A stretch of 64,000 nt of DNA from Nemertoderma westbladi. Taxonomy: Eukaryota > Animalia > Xenacoelomorpha. Under the pieces are notes generated by a model. That model worked only from the letters and a program-made list of their open reading frames with translations, made no database searches and was not told the DNA's origin. The position numbers were made by a program, and so were the translations under genes. Shown piece by piece: positions 31,017 to 44,283 of this stretch. How positions within the stretch are numbered: position 1 is the first letter of the stretch; every line of letters begins with the position of its first letter. The DNA lies in contig JAUCBJ010006887.1 in assembly GCA_032718475.1 (NCBI GenBank), positions 99,515 through 163,514 on the forward strand. The letters are read 5' to 3'.

Positions 31017-34000
31017 ATGGATTCGAGCAATGGTTCTTCGGGTCAGTTCGTTGTAGGGAGACAAACTCGGAATAGCTGGTCGGGATCAGGGGAGGGGAGC
31101 GAGATGGCGATGAGAATAAAGGAACTGGAAACCGATAACACAAAACTACGGGAAAGGGCAACGCAAATGCGACTCAAAGTTACAGATAGCGAACTGATGC
31201 GAGCGACTGAATCAAGTAAAAGTTCCGAGGAAATTAACGCGATGCACAGCCGTTTGGTTATAATGCAGTCCCAACTCGAGAAGCGAGAGGCATTGAGGAC
31301 AGCCCTGGAGTTGGATTTAACTGTAGCGAGACAAAACACAGGACGGCAGATAGAAGACACAATAAGGGATAGGGATGAATTATCAGACATAAACGAGAAA
31401 TTTAAGAACGAGATTGAAATTACTAAACAACAACTTATTGAAACGAATTTACTTTATGATGACGAGAAAAGGAAACGTGTAACTTTAGAAAGGGAAATGA
31501 CAAAAAAATTAGAAGACACCCAGAATACGAACACTCTATTGAAGTCAGATAAAGTTGATATAGAAAAAAAATACATCAAATTACAAAGCGACACTGAAGA
31601 AATATCCAAGGCAGTTAGCGAAGCTGCACAGGAAAGGGATTCACTGAAGGGAACCGCTGTTGAACAAGCAGCAAAACTGATAAAGTTTCAAAATGATTTA
31701 CTAGAAACAAATAATCAAATTCAGAAAGAAAAAGCCAATGTGACACTAAGTGAAAGTAAACTGGAGCGCGAACGTGCTCAACATATGGAACTGAAGTTAA
31801 ACCACGAAGTGCAGCAATTGAAACTGAATGACGCATTAAACACGGTGGAAAGTAATAAAATAAAACACTGGGAGGAGGTCAACCAATTAAATAACCAAAT
31901 TACTGTAATAAAGAACGAACTTGAGCAAGAGAAATCCAACTCAGTTCGATTACTAAATGAAATGAAGGAGTTAGAAAAGCAATTCAATTCAACCAATTCT
32001 GCATTTGTAGATGCCGAAGTAAAGAGAGATACACAGATAATGGAGTTAGATAATCAATTAAAAGGTTATGAAGAAAGTTTTAAGCAGCTTAAATATCAAT
32101 TAGACAAAGCTAATGATAAGCAGAGATCTGTTGAGTCCTCATTAACTGAGAGTTTAAGTGAACTGGTACAACTAACCGAGGAATTCACGTACACTACAGC
32201 CCCTAATTCTACAGCATGCATACAATTACTAAGAAAGACGTTGACTACACAACATGATGAATTACAACGCGGCAATATTGATATCAGTAACCTGAGATCG
32301 CAATTAGGAACATGGGCAGCTGATAAAGATGCCCTCAATCAGCAAGTTTGGAGACTTAATGCGGCCTTGGAGGAGACTAAAGCTCACAGGTCAATGACCG
32401 TCAATGAAGTAAATCAACTACGAAGGAATTGTGCTGAAATGCAGGTGAAATCCTCAAAATTACGAGATGAATTGCAGGAAAAGGAACACGAGTTAATGGC
32501 CGAGCAAGATCGTCGCAAACAACTGCAGGAACAACTGGGAAAGGGTAATCGAAGGTATAAACAAGAAGAGGATACAATGAAACGTTATGTTGTTGATTTG
32601 AGTTGCAAACTAGCAGCTAATGGGAACGGTAAACCTACAAGCAGTCATCATCAGTTGCAGGAGAAGTTAGGTAGATTGAGTTGGAAGGAATCAGCCACAC
32701 TTCTGTTAGATCTGGTCGATGCCTACATCGCCTCTAATCTAGAACTAACAATTAGAAACCGAAAAGTCGATGAAACCCTAAAACAGAAGGATTGCGCCAT
32801 CGATGCTCTTCACAAGGACCATGATAAAGCCCTGGACATACTTCAGCAAACTCTCAAACATAAGGAAAATGAAATGATAGAAGAAATTTCAGAACTTACG
32901 AGTCATTATGGGAGATTAATGACTGCAGAAGATGAAAAACTTAGAAGTTTGAATGCTGAATGCCGAACTTATCAGGATTCGTTAAAACAAAATGAGATAA
33001 AAGTAGAGGATCTCAAATCTGAATGCACTAATCTGGAGTCTAAGACACAACGAATGGGTAGCGATTATTCCGCTTTAGCTATAGCTTCTAACCTGCTATT
33101 GGGTTTACTGGTTCCACTGTTCGACAGAAACGATGCATTAAATACCCAACTCAAATACATGGGGGTCTATCAAAAACAACATGCTGATTTAAAAAAGAAA
33201 GTGGCGACAATTTGTGGCCATTTAGCGGACCAACAAAGGGGCAACAAGGTTTATGCACCACATCGTCATCCATTGTTGTTATTTCGGAAAGCCACAATCG
33301 CAATATTAGCCACAAATCGCCTCAGGAAACTAGTCCCTAGAGGAAGCACCCAGACTATATCTGTGCAAATTGGCAATATTAGAACGATCATGTACTTAAA
33401 CAACATCAGTAACAGATTATTCAAACAACCCAATGTAGGAGGTCAGGCCAGAAAGACTATAATCAATGAGAAACTATACGATAAATTAAATTCCTCGAAG
33501 AACACATCTTTAATAATAAAAAACGTATCTAATTTAGCTAATACTGTAACTGAATGGAAGAAAGGTAATGATTTGAAACGTTCTATAGTGAAACCTATGA
33601 GAGAAACTGTCAACAACCTTATACGATCACATGCTAGACAATCCTACCAAAATTCTGGATCTCTTGTACAAGACTTGGGTTCGGGGTTGCAACATTGTCT
33701 TGAATTAATCGAACTGGAAACAGCTGGAGCCTATACATCAGGAACTACATTAGCTAAAGGCCTAGAAGATACTATTGCTAAACTTAGTTCTGCTTATCAG
33801 CTGCTTCTCCGGGACACCAATATCCTGAGGAATGAGTTGGCAGAATCAGCCAATGAGGTTGCTAATCTGAAAAAGGAGAGAGACAGAGCAGAACGTCTTA
33901 ATCTCGAGTTGAAACATTTAAAACTACAAGTGGACCAGAGTGTGTCCGATCGGGAACGTTTCGATAATCTTATGTGCGAATTAAGGAACACACTGGAGAG

Positions 34001-34901
34001 GGAAGATGAAGCTCAAGAGTTGCTACGGGAACAGGGCAAACAATTGGAAGGTTTGCACAATCAGTTGAATAAATGCCGGGGTGAGAAGACAGCCAGAGTG
34101 AGATCACTGGATGACGCCGCAGAGACGATCGCAAAGATGAAACAACAGTCGATGCAAAAAGACGCCGCATTCAAACTGCTACACCGAAAAGTAAAACATT
34201 TTCAAGAAAATCATAAATTAGTAGAAAATAAATTAAAACAAACTGAAACAGATTTAGATATCTTATTAGAAGAGAAAGAGCAAGTATTGGCGTACATGGC
34301 AGCATTGCAACATCCAATAGAAACATTACAATTTGAGGTCAGTACCCATAATCCACGTGATGCTACCATTCCTGAGTGGCCAATTCTGGAGACTCAGTAT
34401 GGCGTTCAGCTAAGTACATGCCAACATGTTGCCTCAGCATTCAAACAACTAGTTCACACTTTGATTACGAGTAATAGAAAACAATATAACGAAATCCTAA
34501 CTTTACGGAAACATATAGGTTCGTTAAAGACTGAGTTAGATGGAGTGATACCTGGTAATGTGGCGCAGTTTGGTGCCTGTGGCGGTGGGGGTGATGTGGT
34601 AAGTAGAACCCAATCAGCATTAATTGAAGAGAAGGAGCAAATAGAGGTTGTAGACGAGTCACTGGAATCGGAAAGTGGGGAGCCAGTCCGAGATCAGTGC
34701 CCTACTCCAATGTCTCAGACAACACGAGACCAAGGAACACACATGAGAGAAGTTAATCCCAGGACTCGACCTTCTTCAAAGAAGGACCAACTCAACAAAG
34801 ATTTAGCTTCTCAACAACCAAATTCCCGTATCCCCGCCACTCACAGAGAAGTGAAACAAAATAGTAATCTGGCGAAAAATAAGTTTAATAATACCAAATG
34901 A
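31017..34901 (+). CDS. CCDC171: Coiled-coil protein, CCDC171-like, intronless, 1294 aa, nested in PTGES2 intron 3
   Basis: Long coiled coil with the characteristic HPLLLFRKATIAILATNRLRKL segment, and ELRNTLEREDEAQELLREQ. Confidence 0.75.
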   Translation: MDSSNGSSGQFVVGRQTRNSWSGSGEGSEMAMRIKELETDNTKLRERATQMRLKVTDSELMRATESSKSSEEINAMHSRLVIMQSQLEKREALRTALELDLTVARQNTGRQIEDTIRDRDELSDINEKFKNEIEITKQQLIETNLLYDDEKRKRVTLEREMTKKLEDTQNTNTLLKSDKVDIEKKYIKLQSDTEEISKAVSEAAQERDSLKGTAVEQAAKLIKFQNDLLETNNQIQKEKANVTLSESKLERERAQHMELKLNHEVQQLKLNDALNTVESNKIKHWEEVNQLNNQITVIKNELEQEKSNSVRLLNEMKELEKQFNSTNSAFVDAEVKRDTQIMELDNQLKGYEESFKQLKYQLDKANDKQRSVESSLTESLSELVQLTEEFTYTTAPNSTACIQLLRKTLTTQHDELQRGNIDISNLRSQLGTWAADKDALNQQVWRLNAALEETKAHRSMTVNEVNQLRRNCAEMQVKSSKLRDELQEKEHELMAEQDRRKQLQEQLGKGNRRYKQEEDTMKRYVVDLSCKLAANGNGKPTSSHHQLQEKLGRLSWKESATLLLDLVDAYIASNLELTIRNRKVDETLKQKDCAIDALHKDHDKALDILQQTLKHKENEMIEEISELTSHYGRLMTAEDEKLRSLNAECRTYQDSLKQNEIKVEDLKSECTNLESKTQRMGSDYSALAIASNLLLGLLVPLFDRNDALNTQLKYMGVYQKQHADLKKKVATICGHLADQQRGNKVYAPHRHPLLLFRKATIAILATNRLRKLVPRGSTQTISVQIGNIRTIMYLNNISNRLFKQPNVGGQARKTIINEKLYDKLNSSKNTSLIIKNVSNLANTVTEWKKGNDLKRSIVKPMRETVNNLIRSHARQSYQNSGSLVQDLGSGLQHCLELIELETAGAYTSGTTLAKGLEDTIAKLSSAYQLLLRDTNILRNELAESANEVANLKKERDRAERLNLELKHLKLQVDQSVSDRERFDNLMCELRNTLEREDEAQELLREQGKQLEGLHNQLNKCRGEKTARVRSLDDAAETIAKMKQQSMQKDAAFKLLHRKVKHFQENHKLVENKLKQTETDLDILLEEKEQVLAYMAALQHPIETLQFEVSTHNPRDATIPEWPILETQYGVQLSTCQHVASAFKQLVHTLITSNRKQYNEILTLRKHIGSLKTELDGVIPGNVAQFGACGGGGDVVSRTQSALIEEKEQIEVVDESLESESGEPVRDQCPTPMSQTTRDQGTHMREVNPRTRPSSKKDQLNKDLASQQPNSRIPATHREVKQNSNLAKNKFNNTK

Positions 34902-36200
34902 AGTCAGGGGGGGCCGAACAAAATTGGGTGGTACTTCACTTCCAATGCAGACATTCTATATTTGAATTTATCAAGACAAATTCTTGAGATTCTGGCTAAC
35001 TCATGTCCATCAAACCGAGATATTATAGTTAATAATTAAGTGAGTGAATCCATTTAGATGATGTTGTTTTTCGGTGAAACAGTGATTACCTAGGAAACTT
35101 CCCGTCTTCCTTTATTAAACTGGCCATATATACAGCAATTCCGAGTCACAAACCTCAGTGTATTTATTGGCGTTCATTTGTCAAATATTTGTTGTCTACA
35201 TATCTGTAACTGTAATCTGTATACCGTATTATTTTTTATGATGTATTGATTTTGATTTATATATCATGTGTGAACTTTGAACTTTAAAATAATGTACTTT
35301 TGATTGATTGATTGATTTATCTTTTATTCACAATAAAATACTCAAGCAATTCCAATTATCGCATTGCGGCAGTCACTACCGAAGTAGCGGCTGATAGTTG
35401 GTCGTGAATAAGCGTCGAAAGGTAATGCATACATACGCTAAGCGCAGCTGTCCACTGTACAAGGACCATACAAAAAAAGAACTATAAATAAATACTAATA
35501 ATATTAATGAAGTTTTGTATCAATTTGCACCAATTAAACTACCATTGTAAATAATTGCACTTGACGCTACTTTTTAATTGTCATCATCCCGTTTAAATTT
35601 TTTGTAATATATTTCCTTTATTTTTTTTTGGAAGACCGAAATTGATTTTGCTGTTCTTGTATCGATAAGGTAAACTGTTCCAAATCTTCATTGCTGATAA
35701 TGTCAACTTTCATAGCCGCATCTATTATGTGCTCGTGGGTATTTTATATTTTTTGTTCTAGTGTTAATTTTTATTTCGCCCCGCTTTAAAAAAGGCAATT
35801 CTAATTTTATGAATGGTTCGATCAAGTTATTTATAAAACGATAAAAATATAGTAAGATAAAATATTCACGTAGAGCCGAAAGTAATGGTAATTTGGATTT
35901 TTCATACTTTATTATATAATTGTCGTATGACGATTTTTTACAATACATTTTTTTTCGAAAACCACAATAAACAATATATTTTTTGAAATCATAGAGTGTG
36001 TAGAATTCAGTGGATATAGTGTCGAAAACTTGAATACCTAGTAAGTAGTAGAAGTCCCGGATGCGATAAATATGTGTCCCACCTGTAACATCATTGTCCC
36101 ATGTCTGTAACTACAAAATTTGGAATATGTTTATTATTATTACAATAATTAAATATAATTTCTTCACTGGTGTATTAATATATTTATTTGTATATCATCA

Positions 36201-36745
36201 TACACGAAGTGGGGACTTCGCGCAGCACGAAGTTGGCAGAGCCTTAGCGAATTGACACTGTTAGGGGGTAGGTCAATTTATGCAAATAGTCACGTTGGCC
36301 CTCTAGCGGCAGACTGGAGAACTGCAGATGGATTCGCCTCCTTTGAAAGTCACAGCTAATGGTCTAATACATATCTGCCAAGTTTCAGCTTAAACGGATT
36401 AAAAGCAAAGAAATGGGAGGGCATTTAATGTTTAGACATGTGGCCCTCTAGCGGGAGACCATTGCACTGATGGTGTCTGAAAGTCTCTCAAAAATCTCAA
36501 CTTTTGCTCATATTGATACCTACAAATTTTCAACTTGGCAGCTTTAAATCCGACAAAGTTATTAGCATGTCAAAATCGTAACGACGACGACGACGACAAC
36601 GACGACGACGACGACAACGACGACGACGACGACAACGACGACGACGACGACAACGACGACGACGACAACTATTTGCATAAATTGACCCACCCCCTAACAG
36701 TGTCAATTCGCTAAGGCTCCGCCAACTTCGTGGCTCGTCCCACAA
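36201..36745 (+). mobile_element. Non-autonomous element with subterminal inverted repeats and a (GAC/AAC)n microsatellite; HINE/DINE-1-like
   Basis: Begins TACACGAAG...CGCGCAGCACG and ends GGCTCGTCCCACAA. Internal inverted repeat ~36227-36290 vs ~36668-36731; microsatellite 36580-36668. Confidence 0.7.
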
Positions 36746-38394
36746 ACTATCATATACAACAGTTACAATACCCCCATCAATATACTTATATGATATCAAG
36801 GTCGACACCATTCTGGCAAAACCGGCCAAGTGACATTTTTGTCAAAATTGATGTTTGATTGAATATTATAGCGCTCTTTCAGGTGGTAAAAACCGCTAAT
36901 TGATGGAGCAAAAGGTAAAAGTTGTTCAATTATGGCAAAACAGCCAATAAATAGCTGAGTACTATTTTTTTTCGCTATGGCAGAAAATCCTAACTGCTTT
37001 TAGCTGTTTTTGTCATATGCACAGAACATCCGAAATGCTTTTAAGCGTTTTTGCAATTTCAACCTGAATATCTATGAATACCTTCTGACAGACTGTAATA
37101 CAGTACAGACTGTAGATGTAATTGTGGCAGTTCTAATGTTTTTATTCAGTTCTATAATATTAATTAATAATTGATAATGAAGAAACAATATTGAGAGTTT
37201 TATAAAATAATAATTAATATTCTGGAATATTAGACAAAAAACATTAATTATTAGCGATGTATGTCTCAAAATTTACACCATAGTAGTATTTTGATAATAT
37301 CTTTGGCAATTTTGGTGAAATTTGAAACGGTTTTCAGATTCGGAATCTGCAGATGAAGCGGTTCTAATGATATCTAGATTTCATTCCAAAGACTTAGCAT
37401 ATGATTGAAATTTGAAAAAATTAGGGGTGGGGAGGGAGGGGGGGGGGCGACCCCCTAAAAGTTGTTGCTGTATTAAGGGAGTGGGTGTATTAAGTGTATA
37501 TTGTAATTGTGATTAATTTGAATACCCACTGATTTCTACATAGCTACAATGATACTTTCCATATTTAGTTACAGGCAAGGAAAGTCCAACCCTGTAACCT
37601 GTTACATGAGGTTACAGGAATGGGACATTTTATGGTACGTATTTGAGTCCATATTGCACACCATACTATGAAGAAGATATTATGATTGCGTATGGTTTAA
37701 CAATAATTATTTAACAGACTACCTACTTTGATGGCTTTAAACAGTAGGCCTAGTATCTTTCAAACTACTGATTGAAAGGCTATACTGATTTTTTTTGTAA
37801 TCAAGAATAATAATTGCAGATTCATATAAAATCTGATTGATTGGACACAATTTTGTAGAATATTAGTTATGAACTGAATTTTACTAAAAGGGACAATTTT
37901 CGTAGTTTAACAAAAATTATATTTGCTGCTTTCCCAATCCCACTCTCTCTCTCTCTATTTATCCCAGGTGCTAAATGTTTAGTGCTAAATTTTGTAGCTA
38001 ATTAAATGCTCTTTCAGGACGACTATACCATTTAACACTGAAATAATAGTTATTTAATTGTGTTACTGAGTGCAACTTGGCATATCTGAATCCGTGTTTC
38101 CATATTTTTTAGGTTCGAGCAGCCGGCCGTGTTTTCTTGCTGTTAACATCTGAGTAGGTTGTTTGAATGTGGTTTCCAACTCCAAGATTTCTTAAAATTT
38201 AAGAATCAAAATAAACTTTATTTTAAGAAAGTTGGTCGAGTAGAAGCAGAATTATCCAATTCTGAACATTTTGGCTACTTTTTTTGTGTTTCAGGCCGAC
38301 CGTAAAATTAGATAATTTTATGTATAAAGTATCATATTATTAGTATCAATTCAATTAATTACCATCATAATCATAAACAACATACGAATCAGGT

Positions 38395-38630
38395 AACACA
38401 CACACACACACACACAGTAGCACACACACAGTAGCACACACACAGTAGCACACACACACAAGCACACACCCACACGGTAGCACAAACACAACACTGAGGG
38501 TCACAAACACAGCTGAGGGTGGCAAACGTACAGCACTGAAGGGGCACAAACACCCCAATTAGGGGGCACAAACAACAAACTGAAGGGGCACAAATGCAGC
38601 ACTGAGACGGCACAAACACCACACTGATGG
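38395..38630. repeat. (CA)n microsatellite grading into a degenerate CACAAAC..CTGAGGG tandem repeat
   Basis: Directly visible. Confidence 0.85.
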
Positions 38631-39172
38631 GTCCAAACCTGACATGGTGCTGCTTCAGAGCGCAAGAAAGAAGTAAGTCTTAATGAACCTACCGGTATGT
38701 CAGAACAGTTCGAAATTGTCTTACGATCATATCGTAATATCACAGTAAGCTAAATATAATAATAACTATTGTTAGATACAATGGGGGGTTTTCTTTCTTT
38801 ACACTCACTGAATAGTTTATAGACGAACAATTTGTTCTTCTTTAATCATTATTATTTTGGGTGTCGGTTTAAATGGAAGTAATTTCTTAATAAAACATAA
38901 ACAAATTTACTCAGGACAGAGCACACATAAATATAAGCAAGGTAGGTGCAGTACGTAACCTTGGATGAATTTGATAATGTTTAAAGTTAATTATTATAAA
39001 TAATTATTATGCAATATTTTGTAAAACAGATGAAATTGCATTTGAATTAATTTGTAAGTTATTGTTTTGCGGGTTTGGTTGGCCCTTGAAATCCTATATG
39101 AAACGACCACTAGTTACATTATATAGATATACTAGATAGTAAGACCGACACTAGAATAAAAAAGACAACTTA

Positions 39173-39406
<234 letters not shown>

Positions 39407-39608
39407 TTAATTTATAGTTGTATTCTGTCTAAAACTTTATTACCATACCCAAATATTATATATTTATTACAATAATAATAATAATAGTAAATGCCGTAAT
39501 ATAAAATTCTAGAACATTTAATCTTGGAAAATAAGTGCAAAAATATAATATCACATACTTCCGATGCAACCTTGACTGATTACTAACAATTAAGTTATAG
39601 ATTATTAC

Positions 39609-39934
39609 TGTGGGGCGAGTCTCGCAGTTAGGGCGAGCCTTAGCGCACAATTATAATTAGCAAATATGTCAAAATTTCATGTCCGTCTGTCTGTCCGTCT
39701 GTATGTCTGTCCGCCTGTAATGAAAAATTAATTCGTAAATAACTTTTGAAGATTTTAATCATTTTCAACCGAATTTTGTGCATACTAGAGAAAAAGTTCC
39801 ACTATTTTTGAAAGTTACGGACAAATAACTCTCAAACTTTTGATTACAGATCAAATGAAACAACAATCTCCAAAATCAAACTTGTTTCGAACTTACTCGA
39901 GTACGCGTGCTGCGCGACGCCCCACCAACGTGTA
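39609..39934 (-). mobile_element. HINE/DINE-1-like family member, inverted, with a (GTCY)n microsatellite
   Basis: Termini match 36201-36745 in reverse (TGTGGGGCGAG...GAGCCTTAGCG; CGTGCTGCGCG...CGTGTA). Internal GTCCGTCTGTCTGTCC run. Confidence 0.7.
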
Positions 39935-40004
39935 TTTCCTGCGCAAGGATATTCAATAGTAAACCTTTATAACTTTAAGTTTACTCGGGTATTTATTAAC
40001 GTAC

Positions 40005-40195
40005 CTTCTCTGTTTGATGTTTTCGGCGTGTCCCAACATTATTGAGTATTTGTTAATAACATCTTTGCTCTTCCTCTTGCCATCTTCGTCCAAGTATTCT
40101 ATCTCTGGGTAGTACTGGTCCAGAGTCCCGATGTCCAGATCTGTGCAGATGTAGGATTTTAGGTAACTCACAATCAACGTAGAATCATTCAGTTG
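40005..40195 (-). CDS. PTGES2: PTGES2 exon 2
   Basis: Acceptor TTTTTCTAG|CAA, encoding QLNDSTLIVSYL...INKYSIML. Donor AG|GTACGT, phase 2. Confidence 0.9.
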
Positions 40196-41036
40196 CTAGA
40201 AAAATCAAATATATACATTTAAAAAATATATATATATATACAATATACATACTACGCAAACCAGGGGGACATCGACGCGATAAAAATTAATCCCTCTCCA
40301 GGGGAGGCTGATTACTCTCAAAAATAAAACTGTAACCTGTTCTATTGACTTTAGTTTATTGTTTTGGTTAAAAGACTGTAACGTACCACTGTAACCTGTG
40401 CTATTGATATTTGTTTATTGTTTTGATTGGAATAACCTGCCACTGTAACCTGCTCCATTCCCTTAATTTGTAATTTAATATTGAGACGGGATATTAATGA
40501 CTCCCAATTAAAGTCACACCAAAATTTATGAAAATTTCACCAAATTTATTTGCTTTTCATAATTATCATTTATGGAAATATATAAATAATGAATTAGTAT
40601 AAATAAATTTTCCATAAAATATTTGGTGCTGGAAAAATTTTTTATGTCATCATAATTGTATAGATATTATACATCATTTAATAGTAAAGAATACATTTCA
40701 AACAACTCGATGTATTTTAAATAATGGCCAATAACGGGAAAAATTATTTTCCGTGGAAAATTACATATTTAGCCTACTACTGTATTGTATTAGTAAAATA
40801 GCCGGTAATATAGAGCTTTATATATAATATTTTACTGTAGACAGTCGCAGTGCAGTATGCACTGTAAAATAGTAATATACAACAGTACAGTAAACAATAC
40901 AGCAAAACAGTGCTTTAAACGAATGAACGTATCGTTGTAAGAAATTTATACAATATTTTACGATGAAAGAGATTAATTATTAAATTAAGCCATTGGATTA
41001 TTTAGCTATTTTAGAAACTGAAAAAATGTCCGTATC

Positions 41037-41446
41037 TACGGAGCCCCTAGGGACATTTTGAAAAAATTGTTTAGCTAGAGCATATTAAGAGCGCTCTTAA
41101 TAATTATATAGAGTATTATAATTATATATATTATAATTATCTAGAGTATTATCTAGTAGAATTATCTAGAGTGATATGGTGGGAAGATCAATTGCATAAG
41201 TCAGGTAACGGTTTAGGGTGGTACCGGTACGCTAATTAATTATAAATCTGTTACCGGTCTTCCGGTGTATAGAATAGATAAGATGAGGCATTTTGAACTT
41301 CCCGCTAAATCAGTCCAACCAATAAAATCATGAATTATTTATCTCGTGCGCTCTTCCGCTCTTAATAACTAATAAGTGCGCTCTTAATAATTATTAAGAG
41401 CGCTCTAGATTCTTTTTTTTTCAAAATGCCCTTTAGGAGCTCCGTA
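41037..41446. mobile_element. MITE in PTGES2 intron 1
   Basis: TIR TACGGAGCCCCTAGGGACATTTTGAAAAAA vs TTTTTTCAAAATGCCCTTTAGGAGCTCCGTA. Internal TAAGAGCGCTCT repeats. Confidence 0.8.
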
Positions 41447-41503
41447 CGTATCAAATAAATGTGTAAATTATTAATTATTAGACTAACAGAACGTCATCCT
41501 AAC

Positions 41504-42028
41504 CTTTTTCTCTGGATTAACTATAACAACAATAGGAACTTTCTTGTATTGAGTTCCGAGTTTCTTAAGTTCAGATCTGAACACGGGGTTCACTTCAACT
41601 ATCTCGAAGGGGATTCCACTGTAGGATAAAAACGCGCGAACTTTGGAGGAGAAGGGACAGGTGTGGTACTGGTATAGTCGGACTAGCAGACTGGATCTTT
41701 TGCTGTCTATGTCGGTGTAAATGGGACCAGCTGGGGTGTCCGATTCATCGTCCTTGGTGTCGGACTTCGAGGTTCCTAGAAGCGACCAGGCCGATAGAGA
41801 GACGCCCAGACCTGCGGCAGCTCCGAATGTAGTTCCAGCCCCACGGTGATAGCCGCCGGTTCCAGCTCCGTAGCTACCGGTACTACTGCTGTACCAATCC
41901 CGAGAATATTTAGTCCTGGACGTTTTTGCGACTATAGTGAGGGAAGTTAGCGACCCCTGTTGAAGTAGGGGTTTCGGTTGGCAAAGCGGGCGTAAAAAGC
42001 GATCGATTATAAATATACTTGACATCAT
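41504..42028 (-). CDS. PTGES2: Prostaglandin E synthase 2, exon 1 of 4
   Basis: LYQYHTCPFSSKVRAFL...EVNPV...YKKVPI (glutaredoxin/GST-N of mPGES-2). Donor AAG|GTTAGG, phase 0. Confidence 0.9.
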
Positions 42029-42844
42029 TCAGTCACTGTCATTTATTACCCATAATCATTATTCAATATTAAAAAGCCACAAATTTGGCCTACCTGTCTG
42101 AGTCTGTCTGTAGGCCTAGGTACCTAACTACTGAAAAGTGAAAACTTAAAGAAATAATAGTCGTTAATAAATTAATACACATTAAAACTATCCCAAAACA
42201 GACAATTATTACACCAGTAGGCCTACCTAAAGCAGAAAAGGTAATTTGACGTCCCCGTCCCCTTAAATGGGAATTTGTTTATGAATATAATACTATAATT
42301 ATATGCTACTTAACACAAACCGTAAAAGTAAAAAAAATACCGGACCATTGTGAACGCAAAACGGAAACAGTAATTTGTTCTACATTTGAATTTCCCACGT
42401 AATAGAATCTCTCTCCTCCCTACGTGGGGAAGCGACGAAGTAAGAGGATAGCATACCAGTGCAGTGCACCGCGGCACCCATATGCTTCGACATGTACCGG
42501 CACTGTTTCAGTCGTTGTCTGTCGGCAACTGTTTGAAGGATAGTAACTCAGTGAATCTTTGATGAATCTTGTTTTTTGATTTTGTTTATATAATATTACA
42601 TATAGGACTTTAGAACTATCTATTCTATTAGTGCTTTATTTAGGTGGCGGGAATTTCGAATTGAATTTAATTACTCCATTATACTTTTTTAATATAATAG
42701 GTCTGACGTAGCCCGGTAGGGCAAAACGTTCACCAAATTCAGCGTTTTCATTACAATATCAGCCAGTGTAGACCCCTAATACTTACCTATATGCTATACT
42801 TTGCTTATGGTAATTTATATTTATTATTATTTAAATGAATCTAA

Positions 42845-43745
42845 TAGACGAGTCAATCTAGTCGAAAAAGGGGGTCAACGCATAACAAATTCGCAATTCA
42901 TCCAAACCAATTTTTTTTATTCTACATTACCTTGTTAATACTCCCAAAAAAGTCTATAAAAATATATTATGCGGATCACCTTCAATTTCCTGTTTCTTTC
43001 CTTAGGTACAGACAAACTTTACTCTAATGACTATCGATTGACAAAAGTATGCACTTCTATATAGTTACCAATTTAGTTTCCAGAGCAACGGAAATTTGTC
43101 TAATCATTTAACCATTTTTAATACTAATTTTGCTGGTACAATATAAGGACCTTATTTACACAACTCCTCTACTAAACGGGTGGATGTAACCTCGCCCATC
43201 GGATTTGTCGATCTCAAAAACCCTTATCCCCAAAAAATTTATTTGTTATATGATAAACTATTGTGGTTTTCAAACTAAAACAAATAAATAAATTACACCT
43301 AAAATCAATAGAGCAATCACAATTTATTTATATGAAAAATCTTCACTAACATTAATGGAAATTATGAAATTTCCTTGCAGTGGAATTGTATAATTTTTTT
43401 ATAACAGTTACCTTAATATATCGTGAAGTTTTTGATATATTTAAAAATTTGATGCGACTTCTAGTTTCCGAGATATAGCAATTAACCATTGAATCACAGC
43501 TTATTGTGAAATTAATTAAATTATTCTGGAACATCACCAATTTGCTTCTTACTTTTCCCTACTGTTCCTTTTGTTTGGCTTGTGTTATGCAAATTTACGC
43601 AGAATTTCCATGAATAAACATATGATCCGCAAAATAAAATCTTAGACTTTTTTTTGGTCATTAATAAGGTAATTTAGAATTCAAAATGTGTGGTTCGGAT
43701 TGATTGCGAAATACTTGTGGGTTTTTTGCTAGATTGACTCGACTA
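42845..43745. mobile_element. Non-autonomous DNA transposon with ~130-bp imperfect TIRs
   Basis: TAGACGAGTCAATCTAG...TGCGGATCA on the left; TGATCCGCA...CTAGATTGACTCGACTA on the right. Confidence 0.75.
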
Positions 43746-44039
43746 TAAACTAAACTTGGTAGTTAGTTAGTTTGTATATTGACAAATAGGTTGAATCAGT
43801 TGAAATACTAAAACAAATAGAAATATAAATAAAGAATAGTCCAAATTAATCTCAGAAGCACAGTCTCACAGTAGCACGTTGTCCATGGTAACTAACGATC
43901 AATAGTTTCGTACGAATACTAAATAATCCTGACCGAAGTTTTATTACAATCGCACATCTTATTCTGGTGATGTATCCGCGACTAACGGCCCTTCGCCCAC
44001 CATCAAATTATGCGATATAAACCTCATCTGGGTGTCCTC

Positions 44040-44283
44040 AACTCTAATATAATTGGGAATGCACAACACTTCACATATAGCACTCTAATGTCGGATTAAG
44101 AAAAGTGCAGTTGTGTTGCAATTTCTACTGTACACAATACGCATGAGTGCCAGAAAAATTACCGGGAGCAAAACAAGGGATAGATAGGAGTAGCGCCCAC
44201 CCCTTCTATACCTTCGGGTAGCAGCTATCAAAAGAGGAGCCTTCGGGTCGCCTCCAGCCTCGGCCGACTGTTTGCTTTTTTAG
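44040..44283 (+). mobile_element. Degenerate SINE body and 3' part; source monomer of the 61.5-64 kb array
   Basis: GGAGTAGCGCCCACCCC...CCTTCGGGTAGCAGCTATCAAAAGAGGAGCCTTCGGGTCGCCTCC resembles the 3' part of invertebrate tRNA-derived SINEs as I recall them. Its reverse complement matches 61541-61630. The 5' boundary is uncertain. Confidence 0.6.

Noticed and set aside
35366-35425. Hairpin CAGTCACTAC-CGAA-GTAGCGGCTG followed by ...GAAA as a ribozyme or ncRNA
   Set aside because: The core reads CTGATAG rather than CTGANGA; it is more likely the end of a degraded repeat.
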